Shown: positions 30,573 to 39,749 of the stretch, one piece after another
Position numbering within the stretch: position 1 is the first letter of the stretch
How the letters are laid out: each line of letters starts with the position of its first letter
NCBI GenBank assembly: GCA_044235095.1
Contig: JBIIIC010000014.1
Coordinates: forward strand, 2,382-66,381
Origin: Prochlorococcaceae cyanobacterium
GTDB taxonomy: Bacteria > Cyanobacteriota > Cyanobacteriia > PCC-6307 > Cyanobiaceae
Length of the DNA: 64,000 bases
Reading direction: 5' to 3'
The notes under the pieces: model-generated
What the model saw: only the letters and a program-made list of their open reading frames with translations
Told to the model about the DNA's origin: nothing
Databases searched by the model: none
Made by a program: the position numbers and the translations under genes

Positions 30573-32212
30573 GGCCCGGCCTCCTGCAGGTTGCAGGCAT
30601 CGAGCGGTTCGCACTGCCGGGGTGCCCGGCAGGCCGCCTGATACTCCTGGCGGAAATGGCGCAGGGTGCTCAGCACAGGATTGGGTGCCGCCTGGCCCAG
30701 GCCGCAGAGGCTGGTGGCCTGCACCATGGCGCACAGCTGCTCCAGCGTCTCCAGGTCGGCTGGGGTGGCCCGCCGCTCCACGAAGCGATCGAGCAGCGCC
30801 GCCAGCTGCACCGTGCCGGCCCGGCAGGGCACGCACTTGCCGCAGCTCTCCTGCACGCTGAAGCGCATGAAGTGGCGCGCCACCTCCGGCATCGCCGTGG
30901 CCTCGCCCATCACCACCATGCCGCCCGAGCCCATCATCGAACCGAGCGCCCGCAGGTTCTCGTAGTCCACCGGCGTGTCGAGCAGCGTCGCGGGAATGCA
31001 ACCGCCCGAGGGCCCGCCGGTCTGCACGGCCTTCACACCCCCATCCGGCCCATCGGCGCCGGGCACGCCCCCGCCCATCGCCACCACCACGGTGCGCAGG
31101 CTGGTGCCCATCGGCACCTCCAACAGGCCGGTGCGCTCCACCGCGCCGGAGAGGGCAAACACCTTGGTGCCCCTGCTGGCGCCGGTGCCCATGGCGGCAT
31201 ACCAGTCGCCCCCCTCCCGCAGGATGGCCGGGATCGCCGCCAGCGTCTCCACGTTGTTGATCAGGGTGGGCGCCTGCCACAGGCCCGCCTCGGCGGGATA
31301 GGGGGGGCGCGGCCGGGGTGTGCCGCGCTGGCCCTGGATCGAGGCCAGCAGTGCCGTTTCCTCGCCGCACACGTAGGCACCGGCCCCCACCCGCACCTCC
31401 AGGCGCAGGTTGAAGCGGCTGCCGGCCATGCCGGCGCCGAGCAACCCCTTGGCGCGCGCCTGCTGGAGCGCCAGCCGCAGCCGGGCGATGGCCAGGGGAT
31501 ATTCGGCACGCACGTACACGTAGCCGTGCTCGGCGCCAACGGCGAAGGCGGCCAGGGCCAGTCCTTCGATCAGCCGGTGTGGATCGCCCTCCAGCACGGC
31601 ACGGTCCATGAAGGCACCGGGGTCGCCCTCATCGGCGTTGCACACCACGAAGCGCGGCCCGGGGGGCTGCAGGGCCACCGTGTCCCACTTGAGGCCGGTG
31701 GGGTAGCCGGCACCGCCACGGCCGCGCAGCCCACTGCGTTTCACCTGCTCCCGCACCTGCTCCGGCGTGCACTCCGCCAGCACCCGCTGCAGCTGGCCGT
31801 AGGTGCCATGGGCCAGGGCATCGTCGATCGACCCGGGATCCACCAGCCCGCAGGTTTCGAGCACCACCGGCCGCTGCAGGGCAAAAAAAGGCTGGGCCAG
31901 ATCCAGCTGCCGCTCCGGCAGGCTGTTGCCCAGCCCGGCGGCACGCTCCAGCAGCGCCTCCGCCTCCTGAGGCAGCAGGCCGCCATGGAGGGCCAGCGGC
32001 TGCCAGCCGCTGGCTCCGGCTTCCCGGTGATCCTCCGCCACCAGCGGTCCCTTGCCGCAGAGCCGCAGACAGCCCACGGCCTTGATCTGCACCACCCCGG
32101 CCGCCCCGCCCAGCCGATCGCGGGCCGCCTCCAGGGCCGCCTGCAGCTCCTGGCCGCCGGCAGACCGGCAGCCGCTGGCGGTGCAACAACGCAGTCGCGT
32201 GGCCGTGCCCAT
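30569..32212 (-). CDS. hoxF: Diaphorase subunit HoxF (NuoF-like, NAD(P)H/FMN-binding)
   Basis: ATG at 32212 preceded by GGGGAGG. NuoF-like [16 protein letters not shown] and [10 protein letters not shown] motifs. Confidence 0.95.
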   Translation of the reverse strand: MGTATRLRCCTASGCRSAGGQELQAALEAARDRLGGAAGVVQIKAVGCLRLCGKGPLVAEDHREAGASGWQPLALHGGLLPQEAEALLERAAGLGNSLPERQLDLAQPFFALQRPVVLETCGLVDPGSIDDALAHGTYGQLQRVLAECTPEQVREQVKRSGLRGRGGAGYPTGLKWDTVALQPPGPRFVVCNADEGDPGAFMDRAVLEGDPHRLIEGLALAAFAVGAEHGYVYVRAEYPLAIARLRLALQQARAKGLLGAGMAGSRFNLRLEVRVGAGAYVCGEETALLASIQGQRGTPRPRPPYPAEAGLWQAPTLINNVETLAAIPAILREGGDWYAAMGTGASRGTKVFALSGAVERTGLLEVPMGTSLRTVVVAMGGGVPGADGPDGGVKAVQTGGPSGGCIPATLLDTPVDYENLRALGSMMGSGGMVVMGEATAMPEVARHFMRFSVQESCGKCVPCRAGTVQLAALLDRFVERRATPADLETLEQLCAMVQATSLCGLGQAAPNPVLSTLRHFRQEYQAACRAPRQCEPLDACNLQEAGP

Positions 32213-32216
32213 CAGC

Positions 32217-32696
32217 TCACCTCCCCAGCCCCAGAGCCGCCAATCGCGCGCCCAGCGCCTGGGGGTCATCCACCGGCAGCCGGGGCTCAAGCCGGCCATC
32301 CACCACCAGCACCGGCGCCTGGCCGCAAGCCCCCAGACAGCTCACCGTTTCCAGGGCCCAGGTGCCGTTGCCGGCCGGATCGTCGAGCCGCAGGCCGAGC
32401 AGCGGCTCCAGACAACGGGCCAGCTCCGCCCCACCCTTCACGAAACAGGCGGTGCCCAGACACACCGCACAGCGGTGGGCGGTGGGCGGCGCCAGCCGGA
32501 ACAGGTGGTAGAAGCTCGCCACCCCATACACCCGGCTGAGCGGCAACTGGAATTCCCGCGCCACCTCCGCCAGCGCAGCCCGGGACAGAAAGCCATGGAT
32601 CTCCTGCACCTGGTGCAGCACTTCGATCAACGCGTCGGCCTGGCCGCGCTGCTGCCGCACCAGCCGGCTGATGGCGCTGGGCGCGGCTGCTCCCAC
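32217..32696 (-). CDS. hoxE: Diaphorase subunit HoxE (NuoE-like 2Fe-2S); start uncertain
   Basis: NuoE-like motifs YHLFRLAP, CLGTACFVKG and CLGACGQAPV. I favour GTG at 32696 (GGAGGA 6 nt upstream), giving 159 aa. The track ORF extends to ATG 32867, which would overlap the upstream gene by 56 nt. Confidence 0.85.
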   Translation of the reverse strand: MGAAAPSAISRLVRQQRGQADALIEVLHQVQEIHGFLSRAALAEVAREFQLPLSRVYGVASFYHLFRLAPPTAHRCAVCLGTACFVKGGAELARCLEPLLGLRLDDPAGNGTWALETVSCLGACGQAPVLVVDGRLEPRLPVDDPQALGARLAALGLGR

Positions 32697-32773
32697 AGGC
32701 ACTCCTCCGACTCTCTTCGGGATAGCAAGGGCTGGTGGCGCCGGCAGGCGAACCCGGCGGGCCCGACACGTCT

Positions 32774-32809
32774 GTTTGCGAACCGGTTGGCGAACAGGTT
32801 TGCGAACCG
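32774..32809. repeat. Three tandem 12-mers upstream of hoxE
   Basis: Plus strand reads GTTTGCGAACCG / GTTGGCGAACAG / GTTTGCGAACCG. The repeats begin 3 nt downstream (on the minus strand) of the stop codon at 32812-32814, and their near edge is about 78 nt upstream of the favoured hoxE start. Confidence 0.8.
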
Positions 32810-32811
32810 GC

Positions 32812-33096
32812 TCAGGTTTCGTTGCCGCCGAACATGTCGTCGTAGCCCTCCTCGGGCATGAATTCATTCCAGCCCGGACTGGCCTGCTGCAGCAGCCCGT
32901 AGCGGGCGTCCTCGTCGTCCATCAGGGTGTTGCCGGTGGGGCGGGTGTCGCAGGTGATGCCGCCGTCGCCGCTGGGCTGGCAGTTGTCAAACACCACATC
33001 GGCCCGCAGCGGAGCCGGTGCCAGCAGTGGGATCGGCAGCACCATCAGCAGGCCGGTGAGCGCCAGCAACCAGCGTGCACTGCGCGGGGATCCCAT
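32812..33096 (-). CDS. Small secreted hypothetical protein (94 aa)
   Basis: Internal ATG at 33096. MGSPRSARWLLALTGLLMVLPIPLLAPAPLRA looks like a signal peptide. The mature part is acidic and has two Cys residues. Confidence 0.45.
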   Translation of the reverse strand: MGSPRSARWLLALTGLLMVLPIPLLAPAPLRADVVFDNCQPSGDGGITCDTRPTGNTLMDDEDARYGLLQQASPGWNEFMPEEGYDDMFGGNET

Positions 33097-33169
33097 GCCC
33101 AGGCCCCCCGTGCTCGGGCACCGGGGGCGCGCCAACTGAGAGGATGGGGAGGCGCAAGCATCTGGTGCG

Positions 33170-33286
33170 ATGTACACCGACTGGACGGCCGTCATCCTGC
33201 TGCTGCTGACCGCAGCACCCCTGGCAGTGGTGGTGGGCACCGCCGGCTTCTTCATCTGGCAGCAGCGGCGGAAGCAGCTGCGCTGA
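33170..33286 (+). CDS. Possible 38-aa single-TM peptide
   Basis: ATG...TGA encoding MYTDWTAVILLLLTAAPLAVVVGTAGFFIWQQRRKQLR. It is below the track's size cut-off, has no clear SD, and overlaps a convergent ORF. Confidence 0.2.
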   Translation: MYTDWTAVILLLLTAAPLAVVVGTAGFFIWQQRRKQLR

Positions 33287-33548
33287 ACTGAGACCCGCTG
33301 AGCTGAGACGCGCTGAGCTCGCCGGCTTCGAACTGGGTGGCGTTGCGCAGGGCTTCGGCCCGTAGTGCCGCCAGCTTCGCCATGGTGATGGCGGCTTTCA
33401 GCGACGGTGTCTGCCCCTGCCCCAGGCAGGGCAGACAGGTGCGGTAGCGCTGACCGCCGAGCCTCAGGGTGCCGCTGCCGCCGCAGTGGGGGCACATGGA
33501 AGCCTGGCTGGATGGGTTCGCGGAACGGGCGGGATCAACCGTCATCAC
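33252..33548 (-). CDS. Small protein with DnaJ-type CxxCxGxG zinc-finger repeats
   Basis: 98 aa containing CPHCGGSG and CLPCLGQG. The tail has pentapeptide-like repeats encoded by roughly 15-nt tandem repeats at about 33281-33325. Confidence 0.4.
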   Translation of the reverse strand: MMTVDPARSANPSSQASMCPHCGGSGTLRLGGQRYRTCLPCLGQGQTPSLKAAITMAKLAALRAEALRNATQFEAGELSASQLSGSQFSAAASAAAAR

Positions 33549-33621
33549 AGGGCCCGCCTCAGCGGGCTTTGCAGTGCCTCCAGTGTGGTGGCCCCAACTG
33601 CCTGCGATCCCGAAGTCTTCC

Positions 33622-34668
33622 TTAAGTCTTGACGGGCCCGCCCAGGGCCCGCCGGAAGCGCTCCAGGGTGAGCTCCTGCCGCAACTCCTCCACGCTGAGC
33701 CGCGCGCCTGCCGGCACCAGCGCCAGGCTGGCGGCCAGCTCGCCCACCACCGCCGCCGCGTCCAGGCCCCGCTGCCGCAGGCCAGCGAGCCCCTCGGCCC
33801 CCTCCCGCTTGCTCAGGCGCGCACCACCGCCATCGCACCAGAGCGGCACGTGGCCGTAGCGCGGCGGAGCGGCCCCCAGTGCCCCCATCACCGCCACCTG
33901 GGCGGCGGTGGCAGCCCAGAGATCGGCCCCACGCAACACGTCGCTGATGCCAAGGGCCAGCTCATCCACCGCCGTGGCCAGGTGATAGGCGAGGAAGCCA
34001 TCGGCCCGCCGCAGCACCACATCGCCCACGGCGGTGGGGCCATCACAGTGGCCCGGCGCGGCATAGCGCTCCTGCCAGCGGAGCTCCCCGGGGCCCAGAC
34101 GCAGGCGCCAGCTGGGCAGGCGCCCAGCCTCAAGGCCCCAGTGGGGCGGCCGGGTGCGGCACCAGCCGGGATACACGGGCCAGCTGCCATGGGGCGCCGA
34201 GATATCCGCCAGCAAACGGCGACTGCAGCGGCAGGGATAGAGATGGCCTGAACGCCGCAAGGCCGCCAGCACGGAGCCGTAGAGGCCGCGCCGGCGACTC
34301 TGCAACAGGGCAGGGCCATCCCAGTGCAGGCCCAGCCAGCGCAGATCAGCTTCGATCGCCTCGATCGCGCCGGGGCGGTTGCGGGGGGTGTCGAGGTCGT
34401 CGTGGCGGAGGAGCCACGCCCCGCCGCTGAGGCGGGCTTCCAGCCAGCTGAGCAGAGCCGTGCGCAGGTTGCCGCGGTGCAGCGGGCCGCTGGGGGATGG
34501 CGCAAAGCGACCGCGATAGCCCTGGCCCCGCTGGGCCAGCCCCGCCCCCAGCTGGGCCTGGATGTGGGCGGGCAGGGCGGCGAGCACCGGGCGAAGCGAC
34601 CATCGCTGCCCCCATCCAAACCCTTCAGCCGCAGCGATGAAGCCAACGCCTGAGCTGGAACCCGGCAC
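33622..34668 (-). CDS. gluQ: Glutamyl-Q tRNA(Asp) synthetase
   Basis: RFAPSPSGPLHRGNLRTALLSWL class-I HIGH-like region and a GluRS catalytic-domain-like body without an anticodon-binding domain. Start uncertain (ATG 34668 or GTG 34587). Confidence 0.85.
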   Translation of the reverse strand: MPGSSSGVGFIAAAEGFGWGQRWSLRPVLAALPAHIQAQLGAGLAQRGQGYRGRFAPSPSGPLHRGNLRTALLSWLEARLSGGAWLLRHDDLDTPRNRPGAIEAIEADLRWLGLHWDGPALLQSRRRGLYGSVLAALRRSGHLYPCRCSRRLLADISAPHGSWPVYPGWCRTRPPHWGLEAGRLPSWRLRLGPGELRWQERYAAPGHCDGPTAVGDVVLRRADGFLAYHLATAVDELALGISDVLRGADLWAATAAQVAVMGALGAAPPRYGHVPLWCDGGGARLSKREGAEGLAGLRQRGLDAAAVVGELAASLALVPAGARLSVEELRQELTLERFRRALGGPVKT

Positions 34669-34685
34669 CGGCGCGCGGTAGCCAC

Positions 34686-34708
34686 AAAAAAGCGGCCCCC
34701 TGGGCCGC
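34686..34708 (-). terminator. Rho-independent terminator downstream of hup
   Basis: Minus strand reads GCGGCCC-AGG-GGGCCGC followed by TTTTTT, about 58 nt after the hup stop. Confidence 0.75.
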
Positions 34709-34765
34709 TTCCGGAGTACGACGAGTTGTGCAAAGAGAGGTGCGGTGAGCCTGCGGAGGGGCGGA

Positions 34766-35041
34766 TCAGCCCTGCACGCGGTCTTTGAACATCTTGCCGG
34801 CGGTGAAGGCAGGCACCCGCTTGGCGGGAATCTTGATCTTGTCGCCGGTCTTGGGGTTCAGGCCCTGACGAGCGGAGCGCTCACGAGGCTCGAAGGAACC
34901 AAACCCGAGGATCGAGACCTTCTTGCCCTCCACCACCGAGTCGATGATGGTTTCGATGGCGGCATCCACCACCTGGGAGACGTCGGTCTTGGTGAGCTCG
35001 GTGCGGGCGGCAACGAGGTTGACGAGATCAGCTTTGTTCAT
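34766..35041 (-). CDS. hup: DNA-binding protein HU
   Basis: Internal ATG at 35041. MNKADLVNLVAARTELTKTDV...GFGSFEPRERSARQGLNPKTGDKIKIPAKRVPAFTAGK is canonical HU. Confidence 0.95.
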   Translation of the reverse strand: MNKADLVNLVAARTELTKTDVSQVVDAAIETIIDSVVEGKKVSILGFGSFEPRERSARQGLNPKTGDKIKIPAKRVPAFTAGKMFKDRVQG

Positions 35042-35285
35042 GGGAAGGAGAAGCCTCGAGAGCGGCGGTCGGGGGAGTGGGCCAGCGGGGAAAGCAGCTG
35101 GACGAGGGTGCTGGGGCGTGTCGGCGAACCCGACCTGCCTGAGGTAAGCGGGCCAATGGTATGGGGGGCAGACCGGGACTGCAACCGGAAAGCCCGCCGC
35201 CGCAACGGTTTTTGCTGACAGCTGGCCATCCGGGCCCCAAGGCGGAGAGCTGGCAGCGAACGCTGGAGCCAACACCCTGCACCGC

Positions 35286-35954
35286 TCAAACAGTCAGCTC
35301 CAGACCCCGCAGCAGTGCCGCGCCCTCCGGCACCAGCGCCTCGCCCCGCAGGGCGCCAAGCCCGCCGCCGCAAGCGATCACGCCGGGCGAACCGGCCGGC
35401 AACCACTGCCGCAGCCGCTCGATGCTGGCCAGCTGCCGCGGCCAATGGAAGGTGCGGGCCGTGCGCAGCGGCGCCAGCACCCCGGGGGCGGTGGGCAGCA
35501 GCAGCCGGCCGCAGAACAGCAGATCCAGCCCGTGGCGCCGCACGTGCAGCACCGCCGCTCCCGGCGTGGGCCCTGGCGTCCAGAGCAGGCTGCCGCCGGC
35601 CAATTCCTGCTCAGCCCCCCAGCGCTGTAGCGACTCCACCCCCGGCAGCAGGTAGGCCTCCTGCTCCTGCACCCACACCGGCCAGCCCAGCTGCTCCTGA
35701 AAGCGGCGGCAGCGGCCATGGCCCTCGCGGCTGGTGAGCACCACCACACCGCCGCCCTGCAGGGCCTCGAGACAGTCGAGGTTGGCCTGGGTGAAGCCCG
35801 GGCAATCCACCAGCAGGGCCGGCTGCTCCCCCTCAGCCTCCAGCAACCAGCTGCTGCCCCCCTGGCTGTCGCGGCTGGGGGAGAACAGCCACAGCCCGGG
35901 CTGCACCTGCCGCGGCGGCCGGCCGGGTTCGGGAGGGGAGATCAGCAGCGCCAT
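35286..35954 (-). CDS. Metallo-beta-lactamase-fold-like protein (degenerate metal motif)
   Basis: 222 aa. The layout resembles the MBL fold, but the HxHxDH position reads TSREGHG. Confidence 0.45.
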   Translation of the reverse strand: MALLISPPEPGRPPRQVQPGLWLFSPSRDSQGGSSWLLEAEGEQPALLVDCPGFTQANLDCLEALQGGGVVVLTSREGHGRCRRFQEQLGWPVWVQEQEAYLLPGVESLQRWGAEQELAGGSLLWTPGPTPGAAVLHVRRHGLDLLFCGRLLLPTAPGVLAPLRTARTFHWPRQLASIERLRQWLPAGSPGVIACGGGLGALRGEALVPEGAALLRGLELTV

Positions 35955-36028
35955 GTGTTGATCAAACCACCCGGCCGGCAGACCCGCTGGAGCGATCTGC
36001 CTAGGTTGGGGCCGTTGCCCGCTGAGCG

Positions 36029-38116
36029 TTGTCGAGCCCCCAAGCCCGCGTGCACCTCGGCAAGCCCTGGCCCCTCGGCGCCAGCCTCACCGGCCGTGGG
36101 GTCAACTTCTCGGTGGTGGCTCCGCTCGCCACCCGACTCGAGCTGCTGCTGTTTGCCCATGGCGAGGCCACGGAGCCCAGCCAGGTGATCGAGCTGGATC
36201 AGCGCCACCGCTCCGCCGACCACTGGCACGTGGAAGTGGAGGGGATCGGCATCGGCCAGTGCTACGGCTACCGGGTGTTCGGGCCCCTGCAGCCCGGCGG
36301 CCACGGCTTCAACCCCTCCAAGGTGCTGCTCGATCCCTGCGCCCGGGCGATCGCCGGCTGGGATGGCTACCAACGGGGCGCCGCCGTGGGGGCAGCCCCC
36401 AACACCAGCTGCTGCCTCAAGGGGGTGGTCACCGAACGCGACCGCTTTGATTTCGAAGCGGCGCCGCGGCCCCGCCACAGCTGGCAGAGCAGCGTGATCT
36501 ACGAACTGCACGTGGGTGGCTTCACCCAGGGGGCCGGCTGTCCGGTGGCAGCCGAACGCCAGGGCAGCCTGCTGGGACTGATCGACACCCTGCCCTACCT
36601 GAAGGAGCTGGGCATCACGGCGATCGAGCTGCTACCGGTGATGGCCTTCGATCCGGCCGACGCTCCAGCGGGGCGGATCAACCACTGGGGCTACAGCCCC
36701 CTGAGCTGGATGGCCCCCCACCCCGGCTACCTGCTGGGCGACGACCCGCTGGCGGGCCGGGAGCAGGTGCGCCAACTGGTGAGCGCCTGCCACCGGGCCG
36801 GCATCGAGGTGTTGCTGGATGTGGTGTACAACCACACCAGCGAGGGCAATCAGGCCGGCCCCACCCTCAGCTGGCGTGGCTTCTGCGATCGCCTCTACTA
36901 CCAGCAGAGCGCCCGGGGCGACTACCAGGATGTGAGCGGCTGCGGCAACACGATCGCCGCCAACCGGCCGCTGGTGCGCCGTCTCATCCTGGAATCCCTG
37001 CGCTGCTGGGCCACCGAGCTGGGGGTGGATGGCTTCCGCTTCGACCTGGGCATCGCCCTCAGCCGCGGCGACAACCTGGCGCCGCTGGAGGAGCCGCCCC
37101 TGTTTGAAGACATGGAGGCCGACCCAGACCTGGCCGACCTCAAGCTCATCAGTGAGCCGTGGGACTGCGGCGGCCTCTACAAGCTGGCCGACTTTCCGGC
37201 CCGGCGGGTGGCCACCTGGAACGGTCGCTTCCGCGACGACCTGCGCCGCTTCTGGAAAGGCGATGAAAAGACCTGCTGGGCCCTGGGCCAGCGCCTCTCC
37301 GGCAGCCCCGACCTCTACACCGAAACGCCGGTGCATCCCGGCCAGTGCATCACCTTCCTCACCGCCCACGACGGCTTCACCCTGGCCGATCTGGTGAGCT
37401 TCAACGGCAAGCACAACCTGGCCAACGGCGAAGACAACCGCGACGGCGACAACCACAACAACAGCTGGAACCACGGCGCGGAGGGACCCAGCAGCGACCA
37501 CGCGATCACGGCCCTGCGTGAGCGCCAGCTGCGCAACCTGCTGGCCAGCCTGCTGCTGGCGCCAGGCGTGCCGATGCTGCTGATGGGCGACGAGGTGCGC
37601 CGCAGCCAGGGCGGCAACAACAACACCTGGTGCCAGAACAACCCGCTGGGCTGGATGCACTGGCAGCCGGACGGCCGTGATCGTGCGGTGCGGCTCTATC
37701 TGCAGCGCCTGGTGACGCTGCGCCGCCTGCTGCTGCCCCTGCTCAACCCCGAGCTGCCGTTTGAGGAGCAGCCCCAGCGCCGCAGCACCGACCCCTCCCA
37801 CCGCTGGCGCCAGTGGCACGGTGTGCAGCTGGACCGACCGGACTGGGCCGCGTGGTCGCACACCCTGGCCTGGAGCATCAACGACAACCGCGAAGGGCCG
37901 CTGCTGTGGTGTGGCATGAACGCCTACAGCAAGGCCATGCACTTCGACCTGCCGGTGTGCCCCGCAGGCTGGCTGCGGGTGATCGACACCGCCCTGCCGC
38001 TCGACGAGGACCTGCCCGAGGCTCCCCAGCGCTGGAGTCCGGCCGGCATTCCCCTGGAGAACCGCAGCCTGGTTCTACTGGTAAACCAGAACCTGCTGAA
38101 GGGGAAGCGGCTTTAG
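36029..38116 (+). CDS. glgX: Glycogen debranching enzyme (isoamylase-type)
   Basis: 695 aa. GH13 motifs DVVYNHT, GFRFDLG, EPWD and FLTAHDGFTL. TTG start at 36029, or GTG at 36050. Confidence 0.95.
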   Translation: MSSPQARVHLGKPWPLGASLTGRGVNFSVVAPLATRLELLLFAHGEATEPSQVIELDQRHRSADHWHVEVEGIGIGQCYGYRVFGPLQPGGHGFNPSKVLLDPCARAIAGWDGYQRGAAVGAAPNTSCCLKGVVTERDRFDFEAAPRPRHSWQSSVIYELHVGGFTQGAGCPVAAERQGSLLGLIDTLPYLKELGITAIELLPVMAFDPADAPAGRINHWGYSPLSWMAPHPGYLLGDDPLAGREQVRQLVSACHRAGIEVLLDVVYNHTSEGNQAGPTLSWRGFCDRLYYQQSARGDYQDVSGCGNTIAANRPLVRRLILESLRCWATELGVDGFRFDLGIALSRGDNLAPLEEPPLFEDMEADPDLADLKLISEPWDCGGLYKLADFPARRVATWNGRFRDDLRRFWKGDEKTCWALGQRLSGSPDLYTETPVHPGQCITFLTAHDGFTLADLVSFNGKHNLANGEDNRDGDNHNNSWNHGAEGPSSDHAITALRERQLRNLLASLLLAPGVPMLLMGDEVRRSQGGNNNTWCQNNPLGWMHWQPDGRDRAVRLYLQRLVTLRRLLLPLLNPELPFEEQPQRRSTDPSHRWRQWHGVQLDRPDWAAWSHTLAWSINDNREGPLLWCGMNAYSKAMHFDLPVCPAGWLRVIDTALPLDEDLPEAPQRWSPAGIPLENRSLVLLVNQNLLKGKRL

Positions 38117-38118
38117 AG

Positions 38119-38189
<71 letters not shown>

Positions 38190-38261
38190 AGCAGTACGGA
38201 TGAACCAGTCGCACGCCAGTCGACAGGCGATCTGGCGTGGCGGCTAACGGTTCGCTGCCGC

Positions 38262-39749
38262 ATGACCCATGGGCCCAGGCCCACGAGCTCAAGCATTATG
38301 GCCTGCGTGCGAGAGCGGTTTCCGGTGACAGGCCCAGGCAAGGCAGCGGCCGTCTCCCAGCCCGCTACAGCCCCAGCCACGGATGCCGCCGATCTGGCTC
38401 CGGGTGGTCGGCAGCGGCTGTTGTGGGCCTATGGACTGGGCGATGCGGGCACCGGCATGGCAGCGTCGCTGATCGGCTTCTATCTGTTCGTTTTTTATAC
38501 GTCTGCGGCAGGGCTGCCGGCCTGGATGGCAGGGCTGGTGCTGATGGTGGGCCGGCTCTGGGACGGCATCAACGATCCCCTGGTGGGCTGGCTCAGCGAC
38601 AAGACCCACAGCCGCTGGGGGCCGCGGCTGCCCTGGATCTTCGGCAGTGCCATCCCCCTCGGACTCACCATGGCGGCGATGTGGTGGTATCCCGAGGGTG
38701 GGATCTGGCTGAAGTTCGCCTACTTCGTGGCGATCTCGGCCCTGGCCAACAGCTTCTACACCGCCGTGAACCTGCCCTACTCCGCCCTGGCGGCGGAGCT
38801 CACCACCGATGTGGGGCTGCGCACCCGGCTCAACACCGCCCGCTTCACCGGCTCGATCCTGGCCAGCCTCGTGGGCATCGTGCTCGGCGGCCTGTTGCTG
38901 CAGGACCACCGGGACGGCGGCAGCTACCTGCAGATGGGGATCCTGAGTGGCGCTCTGGTGAGCGTCTCGACGCTGCTCTGCGGCTGGGGGCTGGCTCCAG
39001 TGGCCCGCCGTTGCCAGCGGCCGATCGCCCACAGCGGCACCACCCGCCGGCTGCTGCAGCGGGTGCATCGCAACGGCCGGTTCCTGCGCGTGCTGGGGCT
39101 CTACCTGCTGCTCTGGTGTGCCCTGCAGATCATGCAGACCGCAGCGCTGATCTACCTGCCGGTGGTGATGCGCCTGCCGGAGAGCTGGAGCAACTGGATC
39201 CTGCTGCCCTTCATGCTCAGCACCCTGGCAGGCCTGTGGGTCTGGAATCGGGTCTGCCATCAGCGCGGCCGGCTGGTCGCCCTCCGCCGCGGCACCTTGC
39301 TGTGGATCGGCGCCTGCCTGGTGGCGATGGTGCTGCCGGCCCTGGATGCAGCGGTGCTCCCCACCGCCAGCACCGCCAACCTGGTGCGGCTGACCTTGTT
39401 GGTGGTCACGATCATGGTGGCCGGAGTGGGTGCCGCATCGGCCTACCTGATCCCCTGGGCCCTGCTGCCCGACGCGATCGATGCCGACCCGGAGCGGCCG
39501 GCCGGCCAGTACAGCGCCTGGATGGTGCTGGGCCAGAAGCTCTGCATCAGCCTCGCCCTGCTGTTTTTCGGCAACCTGATGAGCCTCAGCGGCTATGTGG
39601 CCGCCCGGGCAGCGGATCAGCCCACCAGCGCCCTGGTGGCGATCCGGCTCTGCATGGGCCTGATTCCCGCCCTGCTGGTGGTGCTGGGCCTGGTGGTGAT
39701 GCGACGCTGGCCCCAACGTCAACCCCAGCCGCAACCCCAGTGGCCATGA
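38262..39749 (+). CDS. MFS transporter, glycoside-pentoside-hexuronide (GPH) symporter-like
   Basis: 12-TM protein with the GRLWDGINDPLVGWLSDKT motif typical of the GPH/MelB family. Alternative ATG at 38298. Confidence 0.85.
   Translation: MTHGPRPTSSSIMACVRERFPVTGPGKAAAVSQPATAPATDAADLAPGGRQRLLWAYGLGDAGTGMAASLIGFYLFVFYTSAAGLPAWMAGLVLMVGRLWDGINDPLVGWLSDKTHSRWGPRLPWIFGSAIPLGLTMAAMWWYPEGGIWLKFAYFVAISALANSFYTAVNLPYSALAAELTTDVGLRTRLNTARFTGSILASLVGIVLGGLLLQDHRDGGSYLQMGILSGALVSVSTLLCGWGLAPVARRCQRPIAHSGTTRRLLQRVHRNGRFLRVLGLYLLLWCALQIMQTAALIYLPVVMRLPESWSNWILLPFMLSTLAGLWVWNRVCHQRGRLVALRRGTLLWIGACLVAMVLPALDAAVLPTASTANLVRLTLLVVTIMVAGVGAASAYLIPWALLPDAIDADPERPAGQYSAWMVLGQKLCISLALLFFGNLMSLSGYVAARAADQPTSALVAIRLCMGLIPALLVVLGLVVMRRWPQRQPQPQPQWP

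Noticed and set aside
33552-33567. GCCCGC-CTCA-GCGGGC hairpin between gluQ and the zinc-finger ORF
   Set aside because: The T-run follows it only on the plus strand, where no gene ends nearby. On the minus strand, where gluQ ends, no U-tract follows. It is too short to call a terminator.
35042-35285. 244-nt non-coding stretch upstream of hup, examined as a possible ncRNA (SRP RNA, 6S or Yfr-like)
   Set aside because: I found no conserved ncRNA motifs, no convincing stem-loops and no terminator. It is most simply the hup promoter and 5' UTR.
38237-39745. N-terminal 500 aa of the 757-aa ORF 38237..40510
   Set aside because: It is an alternative frame over the MFS transporter gene and is Pro/Arg/Gly-rich. 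MlaE homology starts at the ATG at 39746, which is ATGA-coupled to the MFS stop.
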